DNA of 64,000 bases from Paraspadella gotoi. Its lineage: Eukaryota; Animalia; Chaetognatha. Positions within the stretch are counted from its first letter, which is position 1; the number at the start of each line of letters is the position of its first letter. The translations under genes were made by a program, and so were the position numbers. A model generated the notes under the pieces. That model was not told where the DNA came from, searched no databases, and saw nothing but the letters and a program-made list of their open reading frames with translations. Positions 35,508-49,498 of this stretch are shown one piece after another. The stretch lies in contig CM119270.1 of assembly GCA_051294375.1 (NCBI GenBank), positions 17,420,893 through 17,484,892 of the forward strand, written 5' to 3'.

Positions 35508-38500
35508 CTCGAGGAGAGGAGATGGATGGGGAGAGAGGGGATGGGGAGAGAGGGATGGTGGGGAGAGGGATGTGGAGAGAGGAAGGGAAGTCGGGTCGAG
35601 ACAAGCTATGCGGTTGGAGGGGGTGGAATGAAGGAGGTGGATGATTGATAGGAGGGTGATTGGCAAAAAAATAAAGTGGACTGCGTCGATCCATTTGTCA
35701 ATTTGTAAAAAGAAATAGTATGTCTCGTTCAGAACAGTATAGTATACAATAGTATGAAATTGGTACAACCAATATAAAAATTATCCATTCATTTAATAAA
35801 TAAGCTATCTTGCCCCTGACTTTGGACAGGCTTTGGTGGTTTAAGGCCTCCATCACTCTTACAAGATAATTACATAGCAGGTCCCTGCAAGCTTTCAATC
35901 AAGACTCTCTCACAGTCCCGTTTATTCACTCCCAGAGTACCTGGCTTCCCTATCAATGAAGTGGAAAATATTTCAAAGAATGTTTCAATTGTATGAAAAT
36001 TGTATATTAGGAAACGGTAAAACCAATATACAAATTATCCATTCTTTTAATAAATAAGCTATCTTGCCCCTGATTTTGGACAGGCATAGCATAGCAGGAT
36101 CATGCCAGCTTTCAATCAAGCCGCTTTTCATCTAGATTATTTACACTCAAAGTACCTGGGTTTCCCTATTAATGCTTCGAAAAATGTTTCAATTTTCCAA
36201 AAAAACCCACTTTTTTAAGTATTACATCGGGGAATACTAACTTGTATTGGCATCAAAATACAATGAGCTGAACTTTATGAAATTGGTACAACCAATATAA
36301 AAATTATCAATTCATTTAATAAATAATCTATCTTGCCACTGACTTTGGATAGGCTTTGGTGGTTAAAGGCCTGTTTGATAAACATCGTATAAACAAGGAA
36401 ATTCCGAGAGCGAGATTTAATAAGGATTCATCATCGAAGGAGGAAAAACTAAAAATGGAGAGAGTAATCAATGGCTTCCGGTAATCGTGTGAAGTGTGAG
36501 GTGTGAGGTATGAGGTGTCTTTCTTCATCGCAGAACCGAAGAGATGGTAGAGACGGAATTTTGCAAAGAGAGATAGAGAGAGAGAGAAACAAAAAGATTA
36601 AGTCTTCACCCTAACCATTGTCACGGCATTTTTCAATTGCGTTTATGCCTCAGCTTCTCTTACTTTACCGTATCTTTCTTTCGATTTAGCTCCGAGGAAT
36701 CCTTCCTCATCCTCCTCTTCCTCCTCCTCTTCCTCCTCATGCCCCTTCCTCCTCATCCTCTTCTTTCTCCTTGGGGATATACTCAGAACCGATTAAAAAT
36801 ATTATGATTCTCTTTTCTTTATATTTGACCTCCGAAAATGCATGTCCCTTCTTCCGTAACGAATTTGACTTTCAAACCTTTCTTTTAATAAAAGACAGAG
36901 AGACATAGAGACAGACAGACAGAAAATCTTCTTATAGAGTCCGTGACTAAAAATACCCAAGAAAAGAAAGGAAAGTTTCATCCCGAAAAAAAAACCATTT
37001 TCACTTTTCGTTGTCATTAGTGAGACTTTTTTTCGATTCACTTCACACAATCTTTTTAGAGAGACTTTCTCCGGTGTTTCTTTGTAAAAAAAAAAATAGT
37101 TGAATTCGTTTCTGGGTGAAAACCTTAATTTCCCTAAATCAACGCGTGTTTGCATAACTCTTTTCTCCTTTGTTTTTCTTTTAAACATTTAACCAATCAG
37201 TTATTTTTTTTGGGGGCGGGTGTGTGGGGGGGGGATGTTTTTTCTTCTTATTGCGTCGTAGTTAAATTAACATTGGATCGCGTAATCTCGATCCATGTAA
37301 ACTATGTTTATCTAATTTTTTTCCTTTTCTATGTAGAATTTCACTTTCCTTTAACTTTAATGTTTTGGCAGGTTTTTTTCAAATGCGTTGGAAGAAAGAA
37401 AGAAACAAATAAAGAAAGATAGAAAGAAAAAAAAACCTCAGACAATCAGTTATTTTTTTGGGGGCGGGTGTGTGGGGGGGGGGATGTTTTTTTCTCTTAT
37501 TGCGTCGTAGTTTAAATTAACATTGGATCGCGTAATCTCGATCCATGTAAACTATTTTTATCTAATTTTTTTCCTTCTTCTATGTAGAATTTCACTTCCT
37601 TTAACTTTAATGTTTGGCAGTTTTTTTTCAAATGCGTTGGAAGAAAGAAAGAAACAAATAAAGAAAGATAGAAAGAAAAAAAAAGAACGAAGGGAAAGAA
37701 AAAAAAGAAAAAAGAAAAAAAAAGAAAGAAATCGTACGAATGTGTTATTTTAGATATTGTCAAAGGAAGAGAGAGAGACAAACGACAAAACAGAGAGAGA
37801 GAGACGAATGAGAGAGAGAGATTAGAGGGAGCTGAGAAGAGGAGANNNNNNNNNNNNNNNNNNNNNNNNNAGAACGAAGGAAGAAAAAAGAAAGAAAAAA
37901 GAAAAAAGAAAGTAAAAAGTACGAATGAGAGAGAGAGAGAGAGATCCTTGATCAACGTCTTTTCATTTTTATGAATTTTTATGAAGACAGAAAAAGGAAG
38001 GAAAAATTCTTTCTCGGTCGGGATTGAATTGAGCGGAAACCTTGAGAACGACGACGATGACGATGACGACCAGGACGACGACGACGACGACACCGACGAC
38101 TACGACGACGACGACGATGATGAAAGGTCGACGATCATCATGATGAGGATAAAGAAATTGTTGATTTTAAAGATAAACTGATGAAATCGCAATAAAAATG
38201 AAAACGACAACGATGATGATGATGACGATAATCATGATAATTATGATGATCATGATGACGATTATCATTATAAAGATGATGATTATGATTATGAAGATGA
38301 TGATGACGATGATAATGATGATGATGACGATGATAATGATGATGATGATGTCGTTCAAGTTCAAGTCGAGAAAGCCTTTCAAGTCAAGTCTAGTCGAGAT
38401 TAAAATGAGTTAGAAAATGAATTAGAAAAGCGAATGGAATCGAATTGTCTAAAATGAACAAAGTGGCATTCATTTTTATAGAGAGAGAAACTTGGTTACA

Positions 38501-40459
38501 TTTGTAAACAAAATCAAATAAAAAATAATTTAAAATAATTTATTAGCGGGCAATGGAATTTCTAAAGAATACTCAGGATCTCCACTCTAACAAGGACGAG
38601 TTAAAAAATAGCTTAACATATAGCAAGATTGAAAAGATTATAAAAACAATAATAGCAAGAATAAAAACCAACAATCCATATAACGATGCAGACGTCAAAA
38701 TAATGTTTGGTCAAATTCGATCGAATGTTTTGTGATAATAACTGATATTCGGATTCAATTATCTGTAGTTCGCGGGTTCTAGTCTCGGTTGTCGGGGGAA
38801 TAGAGCTTGGACATTGGACAATGGACCTTGGACAGCTGTCGAGGTCATTTTTTTTCCTTCTCGAGTCTCGAGTCTCGATTTTTAAGACAACAGTCTTCAG
38901 CTCAGAGTCTCCAAACCCTAGGTCCCTTAAAATACGGTAGGAATCATTTAGATTGCGTCTCGCCGACGACGACAACAACAACGACGTAAACCAAGATAAC
39001 GACGACGAGGAAAATGATGACGCGGACTACGATAACGACGACGATAATGACGACGATTATAATGACGAACGTCACTTCCGGCGATAAGGACGACGACGAG
39101 AAAATTCGAGAAGAATTTTGATGAGACGGAACTCGTCGATTCTCTCCGTCGGGACGAAAGAGGAAGGGAGGGGGATAGGCGGAGGAAGGGAGGAAGGAGG
39201 AAGAGATACGAGGAAGGAGGAAAGAGAAGATGGATGGGAGGAAGAAGGAAGAAAGGAAAGGTAGAGAAAGGAAGAAGAGATTAGAGTAAATAGAAAGAGA
39301 TTAGATGAAAAAAAAGGAAAGAGAAGATAGATGGAAAGAAGGAGAAAAGCGAAGATAAATGGAAGGAGGAATGGAAAGAAGTTGAAGATATAAATTTAAA
39401 AAGAGAAAAAACATTTTAAACAGGGGTGCTCTATTACAATATACCTCAGGGTTACCCCAAGGGGCTACCCCGAGGTTAATAGATTTTTGAGATTTTAACG
39501 AGTACTCCTAAAGCTAATCCTATTTAAGAATGATAAAACTTACCCCCAAAGGTAGAAAAAAAGGCGATCTGCCATGGGGCTTCCCTTAAATGCTAAAAAA
39601 ATTATATTCCCTGGGGGCATACTACCTATACCTAGTAAGGCGTAGTGAAAGTTACATACGAAAATTCTAAATGTTCAATTATGAACAACATACCATCAGT
39701 GAATATTAATATGTCAAAAAAAATTAATTTTATGTGTTTAATTTTTGCAGTAGCTATATTTATATATATGTACTATCCTTATAAAATCCGAAAACAATTT
39801 AAATATGCTTTTCTTAATTTTGATTGCAGATTTGAATTCCTCGTCAAAGTTGATAAAGAAAAATATAATACATTTTTAAAAATTCTTTCATTAAGCGGGT
39901 TAAACAATTAAAAAAACTACATTTTAATATATAAAAAATTAATTTTCAGTTTAAAAATATGAGCTTTTCTAATTTTTGACCCACTTAATGAAGGAATTTT
40001 TCAAAAAAGAGTTATATTCTTTTTATCACACCTTTTTATGACGAATCCAAATCTGCCAAAAAATTTTTAGAAAAAACTGTTTTGAAAATTTTAATATTTA
40101 TTGGATTAGGTACTAGTATACAATATGGCCACTGCGTAAATTGTAAAAATTTATTATAAATTCTTTTTTAATTCACACATAAATGTTATTAGTATACATG
40201 TTGTTCATCTCCTCATCTTAGAATTTTAATTAAGCTTAAATTTAAAAATTTTACTAACGGCCTAAACTACCTAGGTATAAAGTTTTTGCACTGTCCCCAA
40301 AGGCCATCCTTGGTATCACCCCTGGCCCCTCACGTCTCCCCTCGCCGTCTTGCCAGGGGGAAGTTTTAATCTACGTTATACCTGAATAAAACAGAAATAA
40401 AAGCATGAGAAAAACACTCCCCAAGATTAAACAAACAAAATTGGGAAAGAAGACTAATG

Positions 40460-40920
40460 ACTGAACTGCGTGAGTAAGAGGAATTTCAAGAAGAGTGGAA
40501 AGTAGACTGCGTGAGTAAGAGGAATTTCCCGAAGAGTAAATGGTGACTCGCGTGAGTAAGAGAATTTCAGAAGAAGTGAATGTGTGAACATGGCGGAGTA
40601 AGAGGAATTTCAGAAGAGTGAAAGTGACCTGCGTGAGTAAGAGGAATCTTCAGAAGAGTGAATGTGACTGCGTGCAGTAAAGAGGAATTTCAGAAGAGTG
40701 AAAAGTGCTGCGTGAGTAGAGGAATTTCGAAGAGTGAAATGTGACTGCGTGAGTAAGAGGAATTTCAGAAGAGTGAATGTGACTGCGTGAGTAAGAGGAA
40801 TTTCAGAAAGTGAAAGTGACTGCGTGAGTAAGAGGAATTCGAAGAGGAATTGACTGCGTGAGAATAAGGAATTTCAGAAGAGTGAATGTGACTGCGTGAG
40901 TAAGAGGAATTTCAGAAAGA
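40460..40920. repeat. 38-bp satellite GAAGAGTGAATGTGACTGCGTGAGTAAGAGGAATTTCA; other arrays at 43087-43310 and 52880-53715
   Basis: Head-to-tail units without spacers; roughly 12, 6 and 22 units in the three arrays. Confidence 0.95.
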
Positions 40921-43900
40921 GTTGATGTCTCGAAGGCCCGGTGCATTAAAAAAGCGATAAAATTGTGACGTATTGACTCAATTTTTGTCGCATGATACGC
41001 TCTATGGCGTGTTGACGCACTCACCCGCGCATTAGAGAGCTCCGTGAGTCATTGACTCACTCTCGGCTCTTTTAGGAGAGCTCCAAAGACGCATTAACTC
41101 ACTCTGTGGCGCATTGCACGCACTCTCTGGTCGCTTTGGAGAGCTCCAAGACGCATTCTACTCATTGTAGGCGCATTGACGCACTCTCGGTCGCTTTGGA
41201 CTCGCCTCTTTGACAATGATGATCTCTGGCGCCGCCAAGGCCCAACAGAATCTCATTTTCGTGGCGTATGTTCATTTTTCATTTTTCATTTTTTCATTTT
41301 TCATTTTTCATTTTCGTCTCTTCATTAAAACAAAAACAAAAATTAGGTTGTGAATTAAATAGAAGCGAAACAAAAGAAGATAAACGATGATGAAGATGAT
41401 GACTTTACTGTTGAAGATGATCGTTGCTGAGGAAGTTGGGGACGAAACTAGAAATGAGAGACAGAGTTGGGTTGTCGAGGAATCAACCCGGGACCTACTG
41501 GAGTGAACAAGACATTCATCCGACTTGTAAGGAGGAGATGAGATAAGCGAGGAGATGACGGAAAATGATGACAAGAAAAGATGACAAAATGACTTAAAGA
41601 AAGACTGAAAAACTAAAATTAAAAAGGCAAAAAAGTTGCAAGAAGGAAGAAGGTGAGTGAGGGAAAATCGACAGTCGTCTGAAAAAATGCGATGGGTAAA
41701 GAACAACATCAAAGAACAGCGGTAAGAAGAACAACATCAAAGAACAGCAGTAAAAAGAATAACATCAAAAGAACAGCGGTAAAGAACAGCAAATGGTAAC
41801 TGGGATGTGCAGAACAATAAAAGCAAGGGACGAAAGAGAAGGACAACAGCAAAGATTAACAGCAAATGGCGATAGAAATGAAGTACAGCGAAGGACGACA
41901 GTAAAGGAGAACAGCGAAAGGACAACAAAGGACAACTGCCAAGTTCGACATCGGAGGCACAAAGCGAGCGACCTTTGTCGAAGGTTAATCCGTTCACGAC
42001 GAAGCGTCCTTTCCTGATACTGAGATGGAAGGAAGGGTGAGGCTAGGGAGGGAAAGATGAAAGGAAGAGGTCTGAAAGAAATAAAACACAGGAAGATAGT
42101 AGCGAAGAAAAAAAAAATAAAAAGGGAGATGGAAATAAAATACTGATAAAGTGAAATGTAAAAGAGCACGGGACAGTCATGGGCAATGTGAGAATCAAAC
42201 AGGACAAAAATGAACAGAAAATTCGAAGAAAATTAAAAATAAATGAAGAAAAAATCGAAAGAAAAATAAAAAAGATAAGAAGAAATAAATAAAATGAATG
42301 CAAAGAATGAAACACCCTGGAGAAATGAAAAGAGAAAGATAATGACAGACGACATTGATCTGGCCGTTCCAAAGTCGAGATGAATCTCTTAGGAACGTCG
42401 CAAAAGACCACTCTTTTTTCTTTTTCTCTTTTCAGAGCTGTCCCTTTGTATTTCCAGTTTTATGTTTATTTTTATCTTCCTCTCTCTTTATCGGCTCTAT
42501 AGTTCTCCGATTATCCGCCATTTTTATTTGTTGTTGTTTTTTTTCCGCTTATTTACTTTTCTTTCTTTCGCCGTTTATTTTTTGCATAATGTCCAAACAT
42601 CGGCCNNNNNNNNNNNNNNNNNNNNNNNNNTAATTTAAGTTAAATTTAAAAATTTTACTACGCCTTAATACCTAGGTATAAAGTTTTTGCATGTCCCCAA
42701 AGGCCATCCCTTGGTATGACCCCCCTGGCCCCCTACGTCTCCCCTCGCCGTCTGCCAGGGGGAAGGCTTTTAATCTTACGTTATACTTGAATAAAACAAG
42801 AATAAAAAAGATGAGAAAAAACTCCGCAGATTAAAAACACAATTGGGGAAAGGATGAAAAATATCGATAGGGAAATGAAAAATTAAAAAAAAAAAATAAG
42901 ACAAGAAAAGGGGAAAAAATAAGAAAGAAAAGAAAAAGGAAAAAAAAAGTCTTTTAAAATTGAAAAGTTTTCAGTCGAAAAACGAAAAGGAATGGAAATC
43001 TTGAGGGAAAATAAAGCGACAGGAATTAAATTTGGACGCCAACATTTTTTTTTCTTACAGAATCGATTCAGTAGATAGAAAGACGGAAGAGTGAATGTGA
43101 CTGCGTGAGTAAGAGGAATTTCAGACTGCGGGAGTGAGTAAGAGGAATTTCAGAAGAGTGAATGTGACTGCGTGAGTAAGAGAGAATTTCAGAGAGTGAA
43201 ATGTGACTGCGTGAGTAAGAGGAATTTCAGAAGAGTGAATGTGACTGCGTGAGTAGAGAGAATTTCAGAAGAGTGAATGTGACTGCGTGAGTAAGAGGAA
43301 TTCAGAAGAGTTGATGTCTCAAGGGCCGGTGCATTAAAAAGCGATAAAATTGTGACGTATTGACTCAATTTTTGTCGCATTGATACGCTCTATGGCGTGT
43401 TGACGCACTCACCCGCGCATTAGAGAGCTCCGTGAGTCATTGACTCCTCTCGGGCTCTTTGGAGAGCTCCAAGACGCATTAACTCACTCTGTGGCGCATT
43501 GACGCACTCTCGTCGCTTTGGACTGCTCTTTGACTCAATGATGATCTCTGGCGCCGCCAAGGCCCAACAGAAATCTCATTTTCGTGGCGTATGTTCANNN
43601 NNNNNNNNNNNNNNNNNNNNNNNNNNNNNNNNNNNNNNNNNNNNNNNNNNNNNNNNNNNNNNNNNNNNNNNNNNNNNNNNNNNNNNNNNNNNNNNNNNNN
43701 NNNNNNNNNNNNNNNNNNNNNNNNNNNNNNNNNNNNNNNNNNNNNNNNNNNNNNNNNNNNNNNNNNNNNNNNNNNNNNNNNNNNNNNNNNNNNNNNNNNN
43801 NNNNNNNNNNNNNNNNNNNNNNNNNNNNNNNNNNNNNNNNNNNNNNNNNNNNNNNNNNNNNNNNNNNNNNNNNNNNNNNNNNNNNNNNNNNNNNNNNNNN

Positions 43901-46433
43901 NNNNNNNNNNNNNNNNNNNNNNNNNNNNNNNNNNNNNNNNNNNNNNNNNNNNNNNNNNNNNNNNNNNNNNNNNNNNNNNNNNNNNNNNNNNNNNNNNNNN
44001 NNNNNNNNNNNNNNNNNNNNNNNNNNNNNNNNNNNNNNNNNNNNNNNNNNNNNNNNNNNNNNNNNNNNNNNNNNNNNNNNNNNNNNNNNNNNNNNNNNNN
44101 NNNNNNNNNNNNNNNNNNNNNNNNNNNNNNNNNNNNNNNNNNNNNNNNNNNNNNNNNNNNNNNNNNNNNNNNNNNNNNNNNNNNNNNNNNNNNNNNNNNN
44201 NNNNNNNNNNNNNNNNNNNNNNNNNNNNNNNNNNNNNNNNNNNNNNNNNNNNNNNNNNNNNNNNNNNNNNTTTTCATTTTTCATTTTTCATTTTTCATTT
44301 TTCATTTTTCGTTCTTCCATTAAACAAAAACAAAAATTGGTTGTGAATTAAATAGAAGCGAAACAAAAGAAGATAAACGATGATGAAGATGATGACTTTA
44401 CTGTTGAAGATGATCGTTGCTGAGGAAGTTGGGGACGAAACTAGAAATGAGAGACAGAGTTGGGTTGTCGAGGAATCTAACCCGGGACCTACTGGAGTGA
44501 ACAAGACATTCATCCGACTTGTAAGGAGGAGATGAGATAAGCGAGGAGATGACGGAAAATGATGACAAGAAAAGATGACAAAATGACTTAAAGAAAGACT
44601 GAAAAACTAAATTAAAAGGCAAAAAAGTTGCAAGAAGGTAAGAAGGTGAGTGAGGGAAAATCGACAGTCGTCTGAAAAAATGCGATGGGTAAAGAACAAC
44701 ATCAAAGAACAGCGGTAAGAAGAACAACATCAAAGAACAGCAGTAAAAAGAATAACATCAAAGAACAGCGGTAAAGAACAGCAAATGGTAACTGGGATGT
44801 GCAAGAAGATAAAAGCAAGGGACGAAAGAGAAGGACAACAGCAAAGATTAACAGCAAATGGCGATAGAAATGAAGTACAGCGAAGGACGACAGTAAAGGA
44901 GAACAGCGAAGGACAACAAAGGACAACTGCCAAGTTCGACATCGGAGGACAAAAGCGAGCGACTTTGTCGAAGGTTAATCCGTCTCACGAACGAAGCGTC
45001 CTTCTCACTGATGAGCTGAGATGAAGAAGGAAAGGAGATGAGAAAGTAAAAGGAGAAAAAAAGGAAAAGGAAATGAAAAGGAAAGGGCATGAAAAGAAAT
45101 AAAAAAAGAAGAGGAAAAGTAGAAGAAAAAAAAGAAATAAAAAGGGAGAGGAAAAATTAAATAAATAAATGAAATGTAAAAGAGACGGGAAGTCATGCAA
45201 TTGAGAATCAAAAGACAAAAATGAACAGAAAATCCGAAGAAAAATAAAAATAAATGAAGAAAAAATGAAATTAAAAAAAAAAGAAGAAAAAAAAGAAATG
45301 AGAAAGAAAAAAAACCCAATAAAATGACAACGAAATGAACTTGAAGAAAATGAGACATTATCTCTTCAGACGTCGCGATGAAGAGAAGCCACTCTTTTCT
45401 TTCTTCTTCTTTTATGTCCCTTTATTCGAGTTTTATGTTATTTTTATCTTCCTCATTTTTATCGCTCTATATTCTCATTATCCGATTTTTATTTGTTGTT
45501 TTTTTTTTCCGTTATTTATTTTTCTTTCTTTCGCCGTTTATTTTTGCATAAATGTCCAAATCGCCCAAGTTTGGTTTTATCGGATTGATATCGATCTTAA
45601 TGAGATTTCTCTTATCGAACCTGGCAGATCTATTTAAATTCCCAAACTTAATTAGTTAATGAAATCTGAAACAACATTTTGAACATATAAATAGCTTTCG
45701 GACTGAACGCCCTCGTTTATCTTTATGAGAATTCCTACATAATCATAAATCAGATCGTTATATTTACGATGACTAACGCTTGGTACTTTTACTCAGACGA
45801 GCATAACTTTTAAGTAATGTTCATCCCGACCTTCTGTGTGGACCGAAAATTCTCAGTCACGATCCTCGCAATTTCCTTACCCTTCCCTCACCTTTTCCTT
45901 TCCGAACCCATCTCGTAAACATAGAGAGTCTGCAGCGCTGAATATCTTCGCTCGGTTGAGTTTACGACCGCCGGACTTCCAGGCATTCGCAACGATGCCA
46001 AGGGACTTCCCTGTCTCACTTGCCCTTACCGGGCCCCCTTGCCTTACCACCGTGCCGCGCTCCCATGCCTCGCTCCAACCGACCTGGATCCCCCCTTTTT
46101 CCCGCCTTTTCTCCAATGCATCTTTCGCTAAAAATAAACTTTTCCACATCGCGAAATTAAAAAAAAAAAAAAAAGAAATGTATTTTTTCTTGATGCATTG
46201 TACCTAGCTATTAATATTATTATTTTTAGAAGAATGGCTAGAAAAGCATGACAAGAAAATATCCCAGTAAGAAATAAACCATAGCGAGAAAAAAAGTGAA
46301 TGGCAATGGAAATGGAGAAGAAAGGAGAAGGAAATTGTTTTCTTCTTTTGGCACAGGTCCGTCTCGCTCTGAATGGTTTGTAGACAAAACGACCACAGAG
46401 GAGCCAAAACATTTCAACGACTTCCACCACCGC

Positions 46434-46473
<40 letters not shown>

Positions 46474-46505
46474 TCACCCGCCCCCCAACCAACGGCGCGA
46501 CCCAC

Positions 46506-46592
46506 CTGTTCTCCGCCTGTCGTCGCCTGACCGGAGCCCCGCTCGCTGACCGGAAATCCTCGATCCCTCCAAGCGGAAGAAGGGATAGGATG

Positions 46593-46624
<32 letters not shown>

Positions 46625-47653
46625 TCTGGGAGGAAGATGGGAGGACGACGACGAGGAGGAAGAAGAAGAAGAAGATCCTCTCCCGGCGCCGGACGCCAGT
46701 TTTCTCAGAAATGCGTCTCTTTCTTTGATCATCTCTTCTCGTTTCCTTTCGAAGACGGAGTTGAGCGTCGCCGCTCGATCGCGGAGAAGGGAAGAGGGGG
46801 GAGGTTGGCGCGAAGACGGGGGAGGTTGGCGCGAAGACGACGAAGATTGGCGTGGAGGCGATCCGTGACGCGTGGGAAAAAGTTTTTGACGCGGAGGGAT
46901 GGAATCTTCGGCCGATGGAAACCGGAATCTCTCGACGCCTCCGACGCTCCAGCCTCCCGACGAATCGGCCGAGACCTTTCCGGATTCCGGCAAGTCCTTT
47001 CCGCCCACGCTCCATCCGGCGTTGGAGGATTCCGCTTCGCCGACGCTCCATCCAGTCGAAGGTTCGCCGTCGCCCGTTTCGCCGCTGGTTTCGCCGCCGC
47101 CCGCCCTTTGACTTGGAGACGCTTCCCCGCGGGTTGGGAAATTTTGGGAGGATTCTCTGGAGGATGAAGAAAGGGGGAAAGAGGAGGGGTGGGAGAGGGA
47201 GAAAAGAGAGAGGGAGGGAGGAAGGAGGAAAGGAAAGGAGAAGGAAATTGAAAGGAAAAGGAAAAGTAGAAGAAAAGGAGAGAAGAAGGAAGGAAAGGAA
47301 AAGGACAAAAAAAATGAAGAAGGAAATTGTAAAAAAAAATGATAGAGAGAAAAGTAGGAGGTCAAAGGTGAAAGAAAAAGTTCATCGCAATTCATAGAAG
47401 CGAAATACGAGACGAGAAAAATAAGAACGGAAGTTAGATTTAAGGAGTTTGTTTTTTAAACAAATGTTTTTGAACATTAAATATTAAACTAAATTCTGAT
47501 AAACTAAATTAAGTTAACTTGACTACAGAAATAACATTCCCTTATTTCTGGGCCTCGGTAGGTCGCCTCAGAACGAACCTGTGTGGAGTCTGTTTTATTG
47601 GAATGTTCGAGCCGGCCAATTCCTGTGAATATTATGATGGGGTTTAAGATGTG

Positions 47654-47724
<71 letters not shown>

Positions 47725-47889
47725 GCCGAAATTGATTCACCTTGAAGGACGCCGCCATTTTTTCGACCTCGTTCTCGCGGCTCTTCGACCCTGGATTCGC
47801 TCCTCCATTGATGTCAACGGCGCCATTCCAACCGCCATTTCGTCCGCCATCTTGTCCGCCATTCCGTCCGCCATTTTGCCCCCCGCCCT
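46506..47889 (-). CDS. Two exons (47889-47741, 47156-46506) of a low-complexity Ser/Gly/Arg-rich protein; duplicated at ~56239-57704
   Basis: CAG acceptors, GTGAAT/GTGGGT donors, phases join (0>2>2): RAGGKMADGMADKMADEMAVGMAPLTSMEERIQG...PS/RESSQNFPTRG...GWSVG repeats...LLRDRAATLNSVFERKREEMIKERDAFLRKL. Family not recognised. Confidence 0.55.
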
Positions 47890-48620
47890 CTGACGGAGAG
47901 GACCAACGAAAGGAGAAGGGAGGGGGAGAGAGAGAAAAGAGCCAAAGATAAATAAAAAGAAAAACCGATTTTTATATAAAAAAAATTGGAACGTTAATGA
48001 GAACGCTATCGGATATCGGAGGGCCTCCGCTATTGTTGGGAAGGAGAATAAGAAAATTCGAAGGTCGAAAAATATAAAGGAGGAAAGGAAAGAGAGAGGA
48101 AAGGGAGGAAAGGGGAAAGAGGAGAGGGAGGAAAGGAAAGAAAGAGGAAAGGGAGGAAAGGGAAAAGAGGAGAGGGAGAGAAAGAGATGGAGAGAGGAAA
48201 GGAAGAAAAGGGAAAAGAGGAGAGGAAGGAAAGGAAAGAGAGGAAAGGGAAAAAAGGAAAGGAAAAAGAGGAGAGGGAGGAAAGGAAAGAAAGAGGAAAG
48301 GGAGAAAAGGGAAAAGTAGAGTGGGAGGCAAGGAATGAAAGAAGAAAGGAAAGAAAGGAAAAAGAGGAGAGGGAGGAAAGGAAAGAGAGAAAAAAGGAAG
48401 GAAGGAAAAAGAGGAGAGGGAAGAAAGAAAAGAGAGAGAAAAGGAAAGAGAAAGGAAAGGGAGGAAAGGAAAGAGATAAAATAGAGGAAAGGAAAGAGAG
48501 AGTAAAGGGAAAAGAAAGGAATGGAAGGGAAAATAATAGTAAAAGAGAAAAAAGAGAGAGAAATATTAAGTATAAAAATAAATGGTTAAGAAAAAAAAAC
48601 AAATAAAAAAAAAGGTTTAA

Positions 48621-49498
48621 GGGGACCCAGTGATAAAAATGATATCATAAGCTTAAGGGTCTATCATCAAAGGAATTTGAATGGTGATAGTCATTAATTT
48701 TTCTTTGCACGGGAAAGTGGCAAAAAAATTCCTATCTCTTATTATAGCGGAAACAAAAATTTAATAATTATGAAAAACAATTTAGTTGACCCTACCCAAA
48801 TATTTATATAACCCATTATTTTATTTTTGCATTAGAAAGTATTTTTTTACTAAATTCCAATTTTTTATTTTTTACTGTACAAAGCTATAATTTTAGGTTT
48901 AAGCCTCATTGAACAAAGGCTTTACAAGATTAATATTTTTTATTTTTTTATTTATTTAAAAGCAGACAAATCAAACCTAAATTCTATTCTTACAGAAACA
49001 AAACTGTAATAATTATTAATTAATATTCATATTCATCCCTTAAATGTATAATTAAACTATATTGATTCCTAATTATAACAATTAAAAATTTAGCAAAAGT
49101 ACAGAATCTTTCTCTTCTTTTTGTATTATATTACTTCAAAGAGTTTTATTTTCATCCAATTAACAGAATCATTTGAAAAGAAAGTTTAAATAAAATCAGT
49201 TGATACCTTAAATTTTGATTCATTCCTAGTTTTTTTTCTTATAAATTTTTGTGATAAAAGCTGAAAATCTTTTTAAAATTAGATCTTACCCTTTTTTGGA
49301 AAAAAAAAATTTTAAACTTGAAAAAGATTTTCTTCTTACCGATTTTTTAAAGAAAATTAAGCTCACTGATTTTATCGAATTTTTTAACTACTTTCCCAAA
49401 TGATTATAGAATAAAAAAATATATGATCAGAACCAGCTGAAGTTAAAGGGTCAAACGTTATGTTTTCAGCTTTTTACCCCCCTGTTCACTTGGTCCCC
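48621..49498. mobile_element. Non-autonomous TTAA-targeting DNA transposon (Kolobok-like), 878 bp
   Basis: TIRs GGGGACCCAGTGA / TCACTTGGTCCCC (12/13 match), TTAA on both sides, and an empty TTAA site in the duplicate at 58392-58395. Purine termini with a TTAA target fit Kolobok rather than piggyBac. Confidence 0.85.

Noticed and set aside
38947-39160. Arg-rich protamine-like (minus) or Asp/Asn-rich (plus) reading
   Set aside because: Derived from GAC/GAT triplet repeats; the frame differs between the two duplicate copies and there is no clear splice support.
43499-44351. ORFs spanning N runs, and ORFs in AG/CT-rich tracts elsewhere (2.4-3.6, 47.9-48.6, 57.3-58.7, 62.0-62.5 kb)
   Set aside because: Artefacts of gaps and low-complexity sequence.
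38179-45030. Other CTGATGA occurrences (38179, 45008) as hammerheads
   Set aside because: No stem II followed by GAAA and no stem III.
46296-46868. Plus-strand ORF with poly-N/poly-D tracts
   Set aside because: Reads like the antisense of a helical segment; the minus strand has phase-compatible exons. Not fully excluded, since a good plus-strand acceptor exists at ~46356.
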